This document shows, one piece after another, positions 1 through 8,624 of a stretch of 64,000 nt of DNA. Source of the stretch: a bacterium (lineage in GTDB: Bacteria > Patescibacteriota > Minisyncoccia > Phycocordibacterales > UBA9973); contig JBAXSP010000002.1 in assembly GCA_037130655.1 (NCBI GenBank), positions 77,125 through 141,124 on the forward strand, in the 5' to 3' direction. Under the pieces are notes generated by a model. That model ran no database searches, had not been told where the DNA came from, and saw only the letters and a list, made by a program, of their open reading frames with translations. Each line of letters opens with the position of its first letter. The first letter of the stretch is position 1. A program made the position numbers and the translations under genes.

Positions 1-342
1 ACTTCCCCACCGAGTCTTTTGGTTTCGTATCACCACATGAGCAAAATCAAATTGATACCATTTGTTGAAGTGTGTAATTCGTTCATTCACCAATCTAAGC
101 GCTTGCTCTTTGTGTTCTTTGAAATCTTTTGCCGAATAGTGTGCGAGCAATTTCTGTGGTCGCGGTGGACGACTTTTCATTTCAGTGATTTTCTCAGCAA
201 TCCAATCTTTCTTGCTTTCGACAAATCGCTCGGCAAAATATTTCGGCAAACGATACGGCATCGTTACCACCACTTCCCCATTTCCCTTCACAGAAATACG
301 AATACTTTTTGATCTTTTATTTTTCTTGATGATATATTCCAT
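1..342 (-). CDS. YgjP-like metal-dependent hydrolase (DUF45/M48-like), N-terminal part; gene runs off the left window edge
   Basis: Translated by hand from the minus strand: MEYIIKKNKRSKSIRISVKGNGEVVVTMPYRLPKYFAERFVESKKDWIAEKI... This matches the YgjP/DUF45 N-terminal pattern (basic R/K-S-I-R-I-x-V region, then FV..K..WI.EK). The ATG is at 340-342. It is absent from the ORF track because it is truncated by the edge. Confidence 0.55.
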   Translation of the reverse strand, partial: MEYIIKKNKRSKSIRISVKGNGEVVVTMPYRLPKYFAERFVESKKDWIAEKITEMKSRPPRPQKLLAHYSAKDFKEHKEQALRLVNERITHFNKWYQFDFAHVVIRNQKTRWGS

Positions 343-368
343 AGCTTACACTCCAGACACAATATAAC

Positions 369-392
369 TATTCGCCTATTCGCGCGAATTAG
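369..392. repeat. 24-nt exact repeat (tattcgcctattcgcgcgaattag), second copy inside miaA at 38818-38841
   Basis: Identical 24-mer read directly at both loci. It contains the palindrome attcgcgcgaat. Confidence 0.8.
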
Positions 393-417
393 GTATATTG
401 ATTTTTTAGTACTTCAA

Positions 418-813
418 TTATTTGCCGGGAATAAATTTCATTGAAATAGAATTCACACAGTGGCGGATGTTTTTGTCAGTCAGCCCTTCGCCAGTGAAGA
501 GGTGCCCCAAATGCCCACCACACTTCGCGCAAGTGATCTCTGTACGAAATCCGTCAGTATCAATACTCTTTTTTATCGCCCCAGGAATCTCATCATCAAA
601 ACTCGGCCAACCACAAGTCGTTTCAAATTTATAACTTGAATCATAGAGTGGTGCATTGCATTGTCGGCAGACATAGACACCAGTTTCTTTGGTGTTTACA
701 TATTCGCCAGTAAAAGGTAACTCTGTACCCTTATCAAGTATTATTCTTTCTTCTTCTTTTGTTAATTTGTTTTTTATTATATTACTCATATTTTTCTGGA
801 TACTTTTTGGCAT
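418..813 (-). CDS. msrB: peptide-methionine (R)-S-oxide reductase MsrB
   Basis: SelR motifs CGWPSF and [17 protein letters not shown], with four Zn-binding Cys. Confidence 0.9.
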   Translation of the reverse strand: MPKSIQKNMSNIIKNKLTKEEERIILDKGTELPFTGEYVNTKETGVYVCRQCNAPLYDSSYKFETTCGWPSFDDEIPGAIKKSIDTDGFRTEITCAKCGGHLGHLFTGEGLTDKNIRHCVNSISMKFIPGK

Positions 814-816
814 TCT

Positions 817-915
817 GTTCCTTACAGGAACTGTACACCTTTTGGATATATTTCTTCGTAAAACTCGAAATCTATCTCAAAAGGTCTTGCGCTTGTGTTG
901 CGACACAAGCTCACC
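817..915 (+). repeat. family-1 structured repeat, copy A (SL1 with TTACA loop, conserved imperfect hairpin core, variable 3' hairpin)
   Basis: SL1 gttccTTACAggaac, core tgtacaccttttggatatatttcttcg...ctcgaaatctatctcaaaagg, 3' hairpin gcttgtgttgcgacacaagc. Homologous to the copies at 24546, 35914, 37535, 41971, 45067 and 49212. Confidence 0.8.
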
Positions 916-985
916 TTTGTCGATAATGACATGCTTTTCTACTTCAGTTAGTTCGTTTAGTTGCATAATGTTGCTCTCGTACAAA

Positions 986-1378
986 TTATTTAGAAAATCC
1001 AATCAAAAGCACATTACTCAAAGCCATCAGCAACATCAAAATTGCGGGCACACTTCGGACAATCGGATCTTTGACTTTGCTATGCATGGCAATAGCTCCG
1101 ATCATCAACAACACCAACAAAGCTGAAGCTGGATAGACGAGTATCGGTATCCAAAAACCAACGATCATTGCTGTAGCGATTAGTATTTTTGCAGCACCAA
1201 CCATGTACATGAACCACACTGGCAAACCGTAGGCCAAAAATTCAGCTTGCATACTCCCTGCACTTGCACCTCGGTACTTGGTAGGTTTGTTGAAACGTAC
1301 GAGCCAGACATTGACGAGACCGAGCGCGATTACTACTTGAAAAATAGAGACGATGTATAGTTGTATAGTTTGTGACAT
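986..1378 (-). CDS. DoxX family membrane protein
   Basis: 130 aa with 4 TM segments and a DoxX-like hydrophobic pattern. Confidence 0.6.
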   Translation of the reverse strand: MSQTIQLYIVSIFQVVIALGLVNVWLVRFNKPTKYRGASAGSMQAEFLAYGLPVWFMYMVGAAKILIATAMIVGFWIPILVYPASALLVLLMIGAIAMHSKVKDPIVRSVPAILMLLMALSNVLLIGFSK

Positions 1379-1459
1379 ATAAAATAAGTCTTAAAAAAAT
1401 AATATGTATATTGTATCACACAGCACAAAGCCCGAGTGTACCCTCGGGCTTCAGCACTC

Positions 1460-1711
1460 TTATTTCTTCTTCCACCGTGGAGCGAAACGAATCATCCATG
1501 TGTAGAATTTTGCGAGCAGATACGGCGTACCGTGTTTGCGTATTGATTCATAACACACCTTTTGAAATTCTTTCAAATCAGTACCTTCATAACACAATTT
1601 GCCGTCCTTATAACAAAGACTGCAATAGATATCACTTTCTCGCACCCCAGTATCTTTACTAAACGGCATCAGACAACTCTGACACGCATTACATTTTTTG
1701 TTTTGTTCCAT
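1460..1711 (-). CDS. small zinc-ribbon domain protein
   Basis: CxxC...CxxC pairs (CNACQSC, CSLCYKDGKLC), 83 aa. Confidence 0.45.
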   Translation of the reverse strand: MEQNKKCNACQSCLMPFSKDTGVRESDIYCSLCYKDGKLCYEGTDLKEFQKVCYESIRKHGTPYLLAKFYTWMIRFAPRWKKK

Positions 1712-1776
1712 ATACGTTTATTTTACTACTTTTTGAAATACGGACAAATCCTCGTACGTCTTGATAATTTAGAAAT

Positions 1777-2700
1777 TTAAACTTTATTTTTTATAATATT
1801 TGAGGTAGATTCTGCTGTTTTTTCAACAATTCTTATTGCTTCTTTTACAGGTAAATCGGCACCTTGATCTGCAACATTTCTAGTAAATAAAGTATCAGCT
1901 ACTATCTGAGTAATAATTCCACGTTCGTGCTCGTTAGTTTCTGCATTATTTAAAACACCAAGATATGATTTTGCTACAACCTCTCTATTTTTATATTCCA
2001 TGTAGAGTTTTTTATAGTATGAATATTGAGCAACTATAAAATATAAAACAGTAAATCCAACCAGGTCTAAAGCTAGCATAGAGAGCATTTCTTGATATGT
2101 TAAATGAAATATAATCTTTGATAGCACAACAAAAATATCGTAAACAATTATTATTAAAAAAGCATATTTAGTTAGTTTAAGCCAGAAATCACGATCTTGT
2201 TTTAATCCATTTTTTCTCGCATCATCTTCTTTTGTTTTCAGTTCACCGTCTGCCATATTTGTATATGCTTCTGCTAATTTTTCCAGTGCTGATTCATTAA
2301 ATTTAAATATTCTAGTATCATAATCAGTCATCTTTTTTTCATAATCTACTAAGCGATTATTTATTGTATCAATAGAGGATTGCTTAGTTGGTAATTCAGT
2401 ATTTAAAATTTGAGAAATTTCATTTTGTTTTGAAATTAAATCATTCTGTATATTATTTATTATACCTTGATGCGTATTTAGCTTGTTTTCATGGTCATTA
2501 ATTTGATTTGAATTACTTTGCAATCTTTGTTCATGACCATTAAATTGAGTTTGTGTTTGATTTTGATTTGTGTTTATTTGAGATTCTAGCTGATCTATAT
2601 TTTGATAGACTTCTGCGTCCACATCTGCAATCCAAGAATTTACCCCTCCTTGATTTCTTGTATTCCCATTATGTTGATTAAATTGATTTCTTATTGACAT
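1777..2700 (-). CDS. hypothetical coiled-coil membrane protein (Q/N-rich N-terminus, 2 central TM)
   Basis: Long ORF with an N-terminal Q/N-rich heptad region and two hydrophobic helices (FLIIIVYDIFVVL, FTVLYFIVAQY). No recognisable catalytic motif. Divergent from the LexA-MTase gene. Confidence 0.5.
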   Translation of the reverse strand: MSIRNQFNQHNGNTRNQGGVNSWIADVDAEVYQNIDQLESQINTNQNQTQTQFNGHEQRLQSNSNQINDHENKLNTHQGIINNIQNDLISKQNEISQILNTELPTKQSSIDTINNRLVDYEKKMTDYDTRIFKFNESALEKLAEAYTNMADGELKTKEDDARKNGLKQDRDFWLKLTKYAFLIIIVYDIFVVLSKIIFHLTYQEMLSMLALDLVGFTVLYFIVAQYSYYKKLYMEYKNREVVAKSYLGVLNNAETNEHERGIITQIVADTLFTRNVADQGADLPVKEAIRIVEKTAESTSNIIKNKV

Positions 2701-2802
2701 GCATTTTCTATAATTAAATTTGTAATTGTGGATAACTGCTTAGACTTTCGGTTTTTGTTCGGTTATAATTAAATTGTAGCAAAATATATTTTATATAGCA
2801 AT

Positions 2803-4380
2803 ATGCAAACACTAACAAAAAAACAAAAAGATGTGCTAGATTTTATAAATAGTTATATTTCTGAAAACGGCATCTCTCCTACTATCGAGGAGACTCGTAA
2901 AAAATTAAAACTCAAAGCAGTTTCCACTGTGCACGAACACATAAATACATTAAAAGAAAAAGGCTATCTTTCAAAATCTCAAAACTTGGCACGGGGTCTA
3001 TCTCCTAAGAAAGAACTTGGATCAGTTATTGAAATTCCGATACTGGGAAGCATAAAAGCTGGATACCCGCTCGAAGCAATCGAAGAAAAAATAGGCTCAA
3101 TCTCTGTCGTAAACCCACAAATCAAATCATCTTCTGATTATTATGCACTCCGTGTTGTAGGTGACTCTATGATAGATGACGGAATTTTTGACGGAGATAT
3201 TGTAATTATCAAAAAACAATCTTCTGCAGAAAACGGACAAACTGTTGTTGCTATTATTGATGACAATGAAGCTACTTTAAAAAAAATATATAGAAAAGGG
3301 AAAGGTTACAATTTGGAAGCAAGAAATCCAAATATGCCGACACTATTTAGAACCGATGTAGAAGTTAGAGGTGTAGTAGTTCAAGTTATTAGTAATATCA
3401 ATAATGAGCCTGTAAAAAGCATTGAAAAGAAAAATAAACATGGATTTAATACCATTGATCTTTTTGCTGGTGTTGGAGGTATTCGTATAGGCTTTGAAAA
3501 TGCCGGATTTAAAACTGTCTTTGCAAACGATTTTGAGCCAAAATGTAAAGATACTTATGATTTAAATTTTAGAACCTCAAAGTTAATTGTTGAAGATATT
3601 CGAAAAATCGAAATTGACGATTTGCCTAAGTTTGATTTTTTATTAGGAGGATTTCCCTGTCAGGCTTTTTCTATTGCTGGATACAGAAAAGGTTTTGATG
3701 ACCCTAAAAATAGAGGCAATCTTTTTTTTGACATTGCAAAAATACTCGAAAAAAGAAAACCGGAAGGGTTTATGCTTGAAAATGTTAAAAATCTTAAAAG
3801 CCATGACGGAGGCAACACTTTTAGAATTATCGAAGAAACTTTGAAGGATTTAGATTACTATGTAAAATCTAAAGTTTTAAACACTATGGATTACGGAAAT
3901 GTTCCTCAAAATAGAGAACGTATTTATATTGTTGGGTTTAGAAATAAGGATTATTATGAACAATTTACATTTCCTGAACCAGTAAAACTTACAACAAAAA
4001 TTACTGATCTGCTTGAAAAAAATGTTGATCAAAAATATTACTATAATGATAAACCTCTTTTTGAAAAACTTAAAAAAGATGTAAAAGAAGAAGGCAAGGT
4101 ATATCAATGGCGTAGACAATATGTCAGAGAAAACAAAAGTGGAGTATGTCCAACACTTACAGCCAATATGGGTACTGGTGGACATAATGTACCTATCATT
4201 AAAGACAAGAAAGGTGTTCGCAAATTAACACCTCTTGAATGTTTTAGAATTCAAGGATTTCCTAAAGACTACATATTGCCGAAGATTTCTGATTCCGCTT
4301 TGTATAAACAAGCTGGAAACTCAGTAAGTGTACCTGTGATAGAAGCAGTATCGAAACAAATGATAAAAGTAATGAAATAG
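2803..4380 (+). CDS. LexA repressor (wHTH + S24 autopeptidase) fused to a C5-cytosine DNA methyltransferase
   Basis: The N-terminal ~200 aa align to LexA: the DNA-binding helix region is ISPTIEETRKKLKLKAVSTVHEHINTLKEKGYL, the Ala-Gly cleavage site is IKAGYPL, the catalytic Ser is in VVGDSMIDDG and the Lys in TLKKIYRKG. The C-terminal ~325 aa carry m5C MTase motifs I (DLFAGVGG), IV (GGFPCQAFS), VI (ENV), VIII (QNRERIYIVGF), IX (RKLTPLECFRIQGFP) and X (KQAGNSVSVPV). Confidence 0.85.
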   Translation: MQTLTKKQKDVLDFINSYISENGISPTIEETRKKLKLKAVSTVHEHINTLKEKGYLSKSQNLARGLSPKKELGSVIEIPILGSIKAGYPLEAIEEKIGSISVVNPQIKSSSDYYALRVVGDSMIDDGIFDGDIVIIKKQSSAENGQTVVAIIDDNEATLKKIYRKGKGYNLEARNPNMPTLFRTDVEVRGVVVQVISNINNEPVKSIEKKNKHGFNTIDLFAGVGGIRIGFENAGFKTVFANDFEPKCKDTYDLNFRTSKLIVEDIRKIEIDDLPKFDFLLGGFPCQAFSIAGYRKGFDDPKNRGNLFFDIAKILEKRKPEGFMLENVKNLKSHDGGNTFRIIEETLKDLDYYVKSKVLNTMDYGNVPQNRERIYIVGFRNKDYYEQFTFPEPVKLTTKITDLLEKNVDQKYYYNDKPLFEKLKKDVKEEGKVYQWRRQYVRENKSGVCPTLTANMGTGGHNVPIIKDKKGVRKLTPLECFRIQGFPKDYILPKISDSALYKQAGNSVSVPVIEAVSKQMIKVMK

Positions 4381-4381
4381 A

Positions 4382-4945
4382 TTACCAAACTTTTACATTT
4401 TTAGCTATTGGTTTTATTTTATTTTTTATAATTATATCTTTTTTAATACTAAATCGAGGTCTTTTGCTTTGTCCTTGTTGATCTTTCATTGTTTGGCCTT
4501 TATTAACCTTATTAGCGTATATAAATTTATTTGGAATTAAATAAACATTGAAAGTACCGTCTAACTTGCCTTCGTTATAAAAATCTAGAAAGTACAAATC
4601 ATCCCACTCAGTACGAGGTCCAAAAGAAGTTAAGTCTTCATTTATACTACTGGCTTTTATTTGTTCTCTTCTTTTTTTAGTAAGATTTACAGTATCAAAA
4701 GAAACTGTTCCTATTCCTTTTATTTTTCTTTGATAGCGTACTGATTTAGAAAAAACACAAAACATGCCTTCTGAGATAACTTCTGGAATATTAACCTTTC
4801 TCCCATATTTTTCTAAACCTGCATTGAGTACTTTCCAAATATCAAAAAGCTCTTTAAATATTTTACCGTCTTCCTTATCTAAAAAAGCAACCTCAATTTC
4901 AATATCATTACCGGCTAATTTAATTTTCTGATTCTGTAATTTCAT
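4382..4945 (-). CDS. hypothetical protein; candidate cognate type II restriction endonuclease (convergent with the MTase)
   Basis: 187-aa ORF tail-to-tail with the m5C MTase and 1 nt from its stop. No nuclease motif could be verified by eye. Confidence 0.35.
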   Translation of the reverse strand: MKLQNQKIKLAGNDIEIEVAFLDKEDGKIFKELFDIWKVLNAGLEKYGRKVNIPEVISEGMFCVFSKSVRYQRKIKGIGTVSFDTVNLTKKRREQIKASSINEDLTSFGPRTEWDDLYFLDFYNEGKLDGTFNVYLIPNKFIYANKVNKGQTMKDQQGQSKRPRFSIKKDIIIKNKIKPIAKNVKVW

Positions 4946-5035
4946 TAAGCTTATTTTATACTGTTAAATAATCTAGTCAAATAGTAAAATTCCAAAATAC
5001 AAGCTATTGTTTGGCAATAGTGGTACAGTAGAAGT

Positions 5036-5314
5036 ATGACCGACTTATTACAGATGCACGTATTCTTTTTTATCTCCTCTATTGGCTTCATTGTGGTGAC
5101 TATTTTGGTCAGTATTCTGATTGTCCGGATTATTCGTATCACGCACGCATTTGAGATCTTGCTCACCAAAGCAAGTGCCCAAATAGCGACAATCGGTGAC
5201 ACCACACAAGAGATGATAGACGATATTCACGACAGTACCTTTTTCAACTTCTTATTCAAAGGTCGTAGTAAACACACAAAAACAAAAGTCTCGCACCGTG
5301 CGAAAAAAGAATAA
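5036..5314 (+). CDS. small hypothetical membrane protein
   Basis: One strong TM helix (FFFISSIGFIVVTILVSILIV). An alternative minus-strand ORF overlaps it. Confidence 0.3.
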   Translation: MTDLLQMHVFFFISSIGFIVVTILVSILIVRIIRITHAFEILLTKASAQIATIGDTTQEMIDDIHDSTFFNFLFKGRSKHTKTKVSHRAKKE

Positions 5315-5334
5315 TAACTAATCAAGAATCATTT

Positions 5335-5715
5335 ATGGCAAAAACAAAGAAGACAACAGGAGCAAATCCACTCAAGATCATTGGCGTCGGAGTCGGTATC
5401 GCAGCACTATCACTCACCAGCTATCTATTGCTCGGAGAACACAGCAAGAAGAATCGCAAAGCAGTCAAAGCATGGGCATTCAAAATGAAAGCCGAAGTTG
5501 CTGAAAAATTGGAACACATGCAAGAAGTTACTCAACCAGTGTATGAAAAAGTCGTCCATGAAGTAGCGGACAAATACAAGAAGCTCAAAAACATTGATGC
5601 AGAAGAAGTTGAAACAGAATTGAACCATTTGAAAAAGGAATGGCACAAGCTGACAAAAAGTTCAAAATCCCCTGTTTCGAAAAAGAAGGTAGTGAAGAAA
5701 GTTTCAAAGAAATAA
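5335..5715 (+). CDS. hypothetical membrane-anchored lysine-rich protein
   Basis: N-terminal TM (IIGVGVGIAALSLTSYLLL), followed by a charged helical region and a K-rich tail. A terminator follows. Confidence 0.5.
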   Translation: MAKTKKTTGANPLKIIGVGVGIAALSLTSYLLLGEHSKKNRKAVKAWAFKMKAEVAEKLEHMQEVTQPVYEKVVHEVADKYKKLKNIDAEEVETELNHLKKEWHKLTKSSKSPVSKKKVVKKVSKK

Positions 5716-5723
5716 AATGCAAA

Positions 5724-5750
5724 ATAAAAACCGACAGTGTCGGTTTTTAT
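5724..5750 (+). terminator. rho-independent terminator
   Basis: Hairpin ccgacagtgtcgg followed by ttttt. Confidence 0.6.
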
Positions 5751-5921
5751 GTTGTTATTTCAAACACTTTTTGATCAGAGACAAGCTAGATTGAAGAAAT
5801 TGGTTTATCTAAATGGTCAGCGAGGCTGTGAATAATGATGGAAATGGTTTTTTCCACATGAGATTGACTATAAATAAAGGTATGTGGTATACTAAAACCA
5901 ATCAGAAGAAACCCTGACAAG

Positions 5922-6434
5922 TCAAGTGCTTGTCGGGGGTTTTTCATTTAAGACATCGTCACCAAAATCTGTAATAAAACTTAATTTTGTAAACTCTCTT
6001 CTTTTTATAACTCTTGAGCAAGATTTTGGATCAGTTGCAACAACCTTTACTTCAAGATTTTTTGAGTTTGCAAAGTCTAAAATATGAGCAAAGTCTCCGT
6101 CACCACTACATAAAATTATTTTACTCACAAAGTTGAAATCAACGTCGTATGTAATTCTGCGAGAAATCTCTACGTCGCAATTTGCCTTTTGCTTATTGTT
6201 TTCATTATATATCTCCTTAAAAACCAGTTCTACTCCAGAACCTTGTAATTCCAAAAAATAATTCTCCATACTTTTGAATCTACCGGTAAAATACACTACT
6301 TTTTCTGATCTATATTTATCTTTTAACTTATTAATTAGTCTAAATATATTAAAATCTAAATTTATATTTTTTGCAAATAAAATAATATTTGCAGCATCTA
6401 TATATATTATTATTTTATCTTTGCTGTTTTCCAT
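5922..6434 (-). CDS. NYN domain (LabA-like) putative RNase
   Basis: IYIDAANI ... CDVEI ... ILCSGDGDF acidic-residue pattern of NYN/PIN-like nucleases. Confidence 0.65.
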   Translation of the reverse strand: MENSKDKIIIYIDAANIILFAKNINLDFNIFRLINKLKDKYRSEKVVYFTGRFKSMENYFLELQGSGVELVFKEIYNENNKQKANCDVEISRRITYDVDFNFVSKIILCSGDGDFAHILDFANSKNLEVKVVATDPKSCSRVIKRREFTKLSFITDFGDDVLNEKPPTST

Positions 6435-6454
6435 ATGATATATTTTATCATGAA

Positions 6455-6712
6455 TTAATCTGAAATTTCAAAAATTTTTTGTTTCGAAATTTGACCAGAG
6501 ACGAGTGTGACACAAGACGGAGACGTTTCGAAATACTTCGCCAAGGCTTTGATGACGGCATTATTTGCCTTGCCATCTACTGGCGGTTCTTTGACTGAGA
6601 CTTTGTAGATCTCCATGTCTTTTTGCAATCCGAACAGAGCGAGTGTCGCCTGCGACACTCGCTCCACCTTTTCCTCTTTTGCATTTGCTTTAACCTTAAC
6701 GATGATTTTCAT
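6455..6712 (-). CDS. YggU/DUF167 family protein
   Basis: DGKANNAVIKALAKYF ... LVSGQISKQK matches the UPF0235 signature. Confidence 0.65.
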   Translation of the reverse strand: MKIIVKVKANAKEEKVERVSQATLALFGLQKDMEIYKVSVKEPPVDGKANNAVIKALAKYFETSPSCVTLVSGQISKQKIFEISD

Positions 6713-6715
6713 ACG

Positions 6716-7861
6716 TTATTTATCAGTAAAAATTTTTAGATATTCTTTATGAACATACAAAGAAGGGCGCGTACCTTCTGCTTTACGATGTAAAGAAAGA
6801 ATACCTGTATCAATAAGCTTATCAATAAATTTTAATGCCCCGGGTTTTGTCTGTCCAATCCAATCAGCAATAACAGTAGATGAGACAATAGGATCTTTAT
6901 ATAGCTTTTGAATTACTTTTACAGCAATATCAGAAGTTTTTTTACTGAATTGAGCAACAATAGCCAAATCACGATCACGTAATTTAGTTACTTTTTTTGA
7001 TATTTCTATTGCTTCCTCTGCTGTATCAATTACAGCATCAACAAAGAATTCAAGCCACGGGACAATATCACCATTATGATATTGATTGAGTTTTTGATAA
7101 TAAACTTTTTGATGTTTCTTAAAGTAGGAAGAGAGAAATAATGCTGGCAAGTCCAAATACTTATGATGAATTAAATAAAAAGTAATCATTAATCGTCCTG
7201 CGCGACCATTTCCATCCAAAAAAGGGTGGATTGTTTCAAATTGAGCATGCAAAAGACCCGCATCAATAATAGGATGCACAAAAGGAGTATGCATAAATTT
7301 TTCTAAATCATTCAATGGGGCATCTATTTCTTCTGGTGCAGGAGGAACAAAACTCGCATTATCTGGTCGAGTTCCACCAATCCAGTTTTGAGTTTTCCTA
7401 AATTCTCCAGGATCTGCAAAATGAGTAGAGCGTGCTTCTTGCATTAATTCTCGATGAAGTTCTCGGATAAAACGAAGTACGAAGGGAAATTCATCTTTTG
7501 CTAATCTATCTAATCCATAATTTAATGCTTGAACATAGTGAGAGATATCGTCGGCATCTGTCCCATCACGACTAGTTGGATCTGCCACATATTCAAATGC
7601 ATCAATCAAAGTTGCTTTTGTTCCCTCAATTTGTGAAGATGAGGTCGCGTCTTTCATCACATATGAACTTATAAAATAATCAACATCAGGAAGAAGAACC
7701 GTAATGCCAGAAAGTTTTCCTAAGAGAAATTGTGCATGATTCGATTTTTGAATTAATGCAACAGGAATAACATTCTTAATGTCATCTGAAGGAAAAGATA
7801 GCAGGGATATATATGTATACCCGTTTTTATGATTTTTTGTTGTTCCTATAATATTCTTCAT
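6716..7861 (-). CDS. Fic family protein (AMPylase/Doc-like)
   Basis: Canonical Fic motif HPFLDGNGRAGR. Confidence 0.85.
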   Translation of the reverse strand: MKNIIGTTKNHKNGYTYISLLSFPSDDIKNVIPVALIQKSNHAQFLLGKLSGITVLLPDVDYFISSYVMKDATSSSQIEGTKATLIDAFEYVADPTSRDGTDADDISHYVQALNYGLDRLAKDEFPFVLRFIRELHRELMQEARSTHFADPGEFRKTQNWIGGTRPDNASFVPPAPEEIDAPLNDLEKFMHTPFVHPIIDAGLLHAQFETIHPFLDGNGRAGRLMITFYLIHHKYLDLPALFLSSYFKKHQKVYYQKLNQYHNGDIVPWLEFFVDAVIDTAEEAIEISKKVTKLRDRDLAIVAQFSKKTSDIAVKVIQKLYKDPIVSSTVIADWIGQTKPGALKFIDKLIDTGILSLHRKAEGTRPSLYVHKEYLKIFTDK

Positions 7862-7872
7862 ATATCAGTTTG

Positions 7873-7942
7873 GTTTATACTAATTTGTTAGTGTAAACTA
7901 ATATAGCATTTTAGTTTACACTAGTCAACTAGCGTAAACTTA
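7873..7942. promoter_or_regulatory. operator-like array of GTAAAC/GTTTAC half-sites upstream of fic (palindrome 7889-7923)
   Basis: Inverted repeat tagtgtaaacta-N11-tagtttacacta, flanked by two more half-sites (gtttatactaa, gcgtaaactta). Confidence 0.45.
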
Positions 7943-8620
7943 CTTCACAAAATGAATGCTTTGGATTATTTGATCTACGATTTTTTCGTATGCTTCCGTA
8001 TTTTTGATATCTTCGTCATTGAGGGCCAAACTTGGATCATCCTGTTTGAGAGGTACCGCGTAAGAATCAATTTGATAAATATCTGTTCCATACGGAATGT
8101 AGATTGAGATCAAATCATAGTATCCGCCAGTGATTTGAGTGTTTGACTGGAAACGAACTTTGTACGCATTTATTCCATCGATAGTGATACTTTCTTTTGC
8201 AAGTGAGTCGTAAAAACTTTGTTTTTCAAATTCGGGAGAATTAATATCGAACCATTTTTCTATTGAGAGTTTTTTAGGATTTTCGTTTTTATCAAAGAAA
8301 AATCTTACTGGAGTATATTCTGTACTAGTTTTTTGTCCAGTAAATCGATCATTTCCGACTGATTTTATTTTTAAGTTTAAATTAATAGTATCTTTTTCAT
8401 CTACAAGAAATTCAAAATTATTTGAATAATTAAAAACCAAATTTCCTATTTGTTTTTCTTTATCTAAAACAATTTCTTCAGACTCTTTTTTAGTTTCTTG
8501 ATTTTGTACTTGTGGGACAAATACTGGTTGGACAGCGCGAGACATTTGTACATATTGCACATAAAACAACACTCCTGCGAGTACCAAAATAATACCTAAA
8601 ACGATAAGTAGTTTTTTCAT
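7940..8620 (-). CDS. hypothetical secreted/membrane-anchored protein
   Basis: N-terminal signal anchor (LLIVLGIILVLAGVLFY). Immediately downstream of the large surface protein gene. Confidence 0.45.
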   Translation of the reverse strand: MKKLLIVLGIILVLAGVLFYVQYVQMSRAVQPVFVPQVQNQETKKESEEIVLDKEKQIGNLVFNYSNNFEFLVDEKDTINLNLKIKSVGNDRFTGQKTSTEYTPVRFFFDKNENPKKLSIEKWFDINSPEFEKQSFYDSLAKESITIDGINAYKVRFQSNTQITGGYYDLISIYIPYGTDIYQIDSYAVPLKQDDPSLALNDEDIKNTEAYEKIVDQIIQSIHFVK

Positions 8621-8624
8621 ATAA

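Noticed and set aside
19-367. ORF-track entries 19..312(+) and 185..367(+)
   Set aside because: They lie antisense to a well-supported YgjP-like gene on the minus strand that runs off the window edge. No motifs and an odd composition.
689-1126. 145-aa plus-strand ORF
   Set aside because: It reads through family-1 repeat copy A and is antisense to the DoxX gene. Low-complexity translation.
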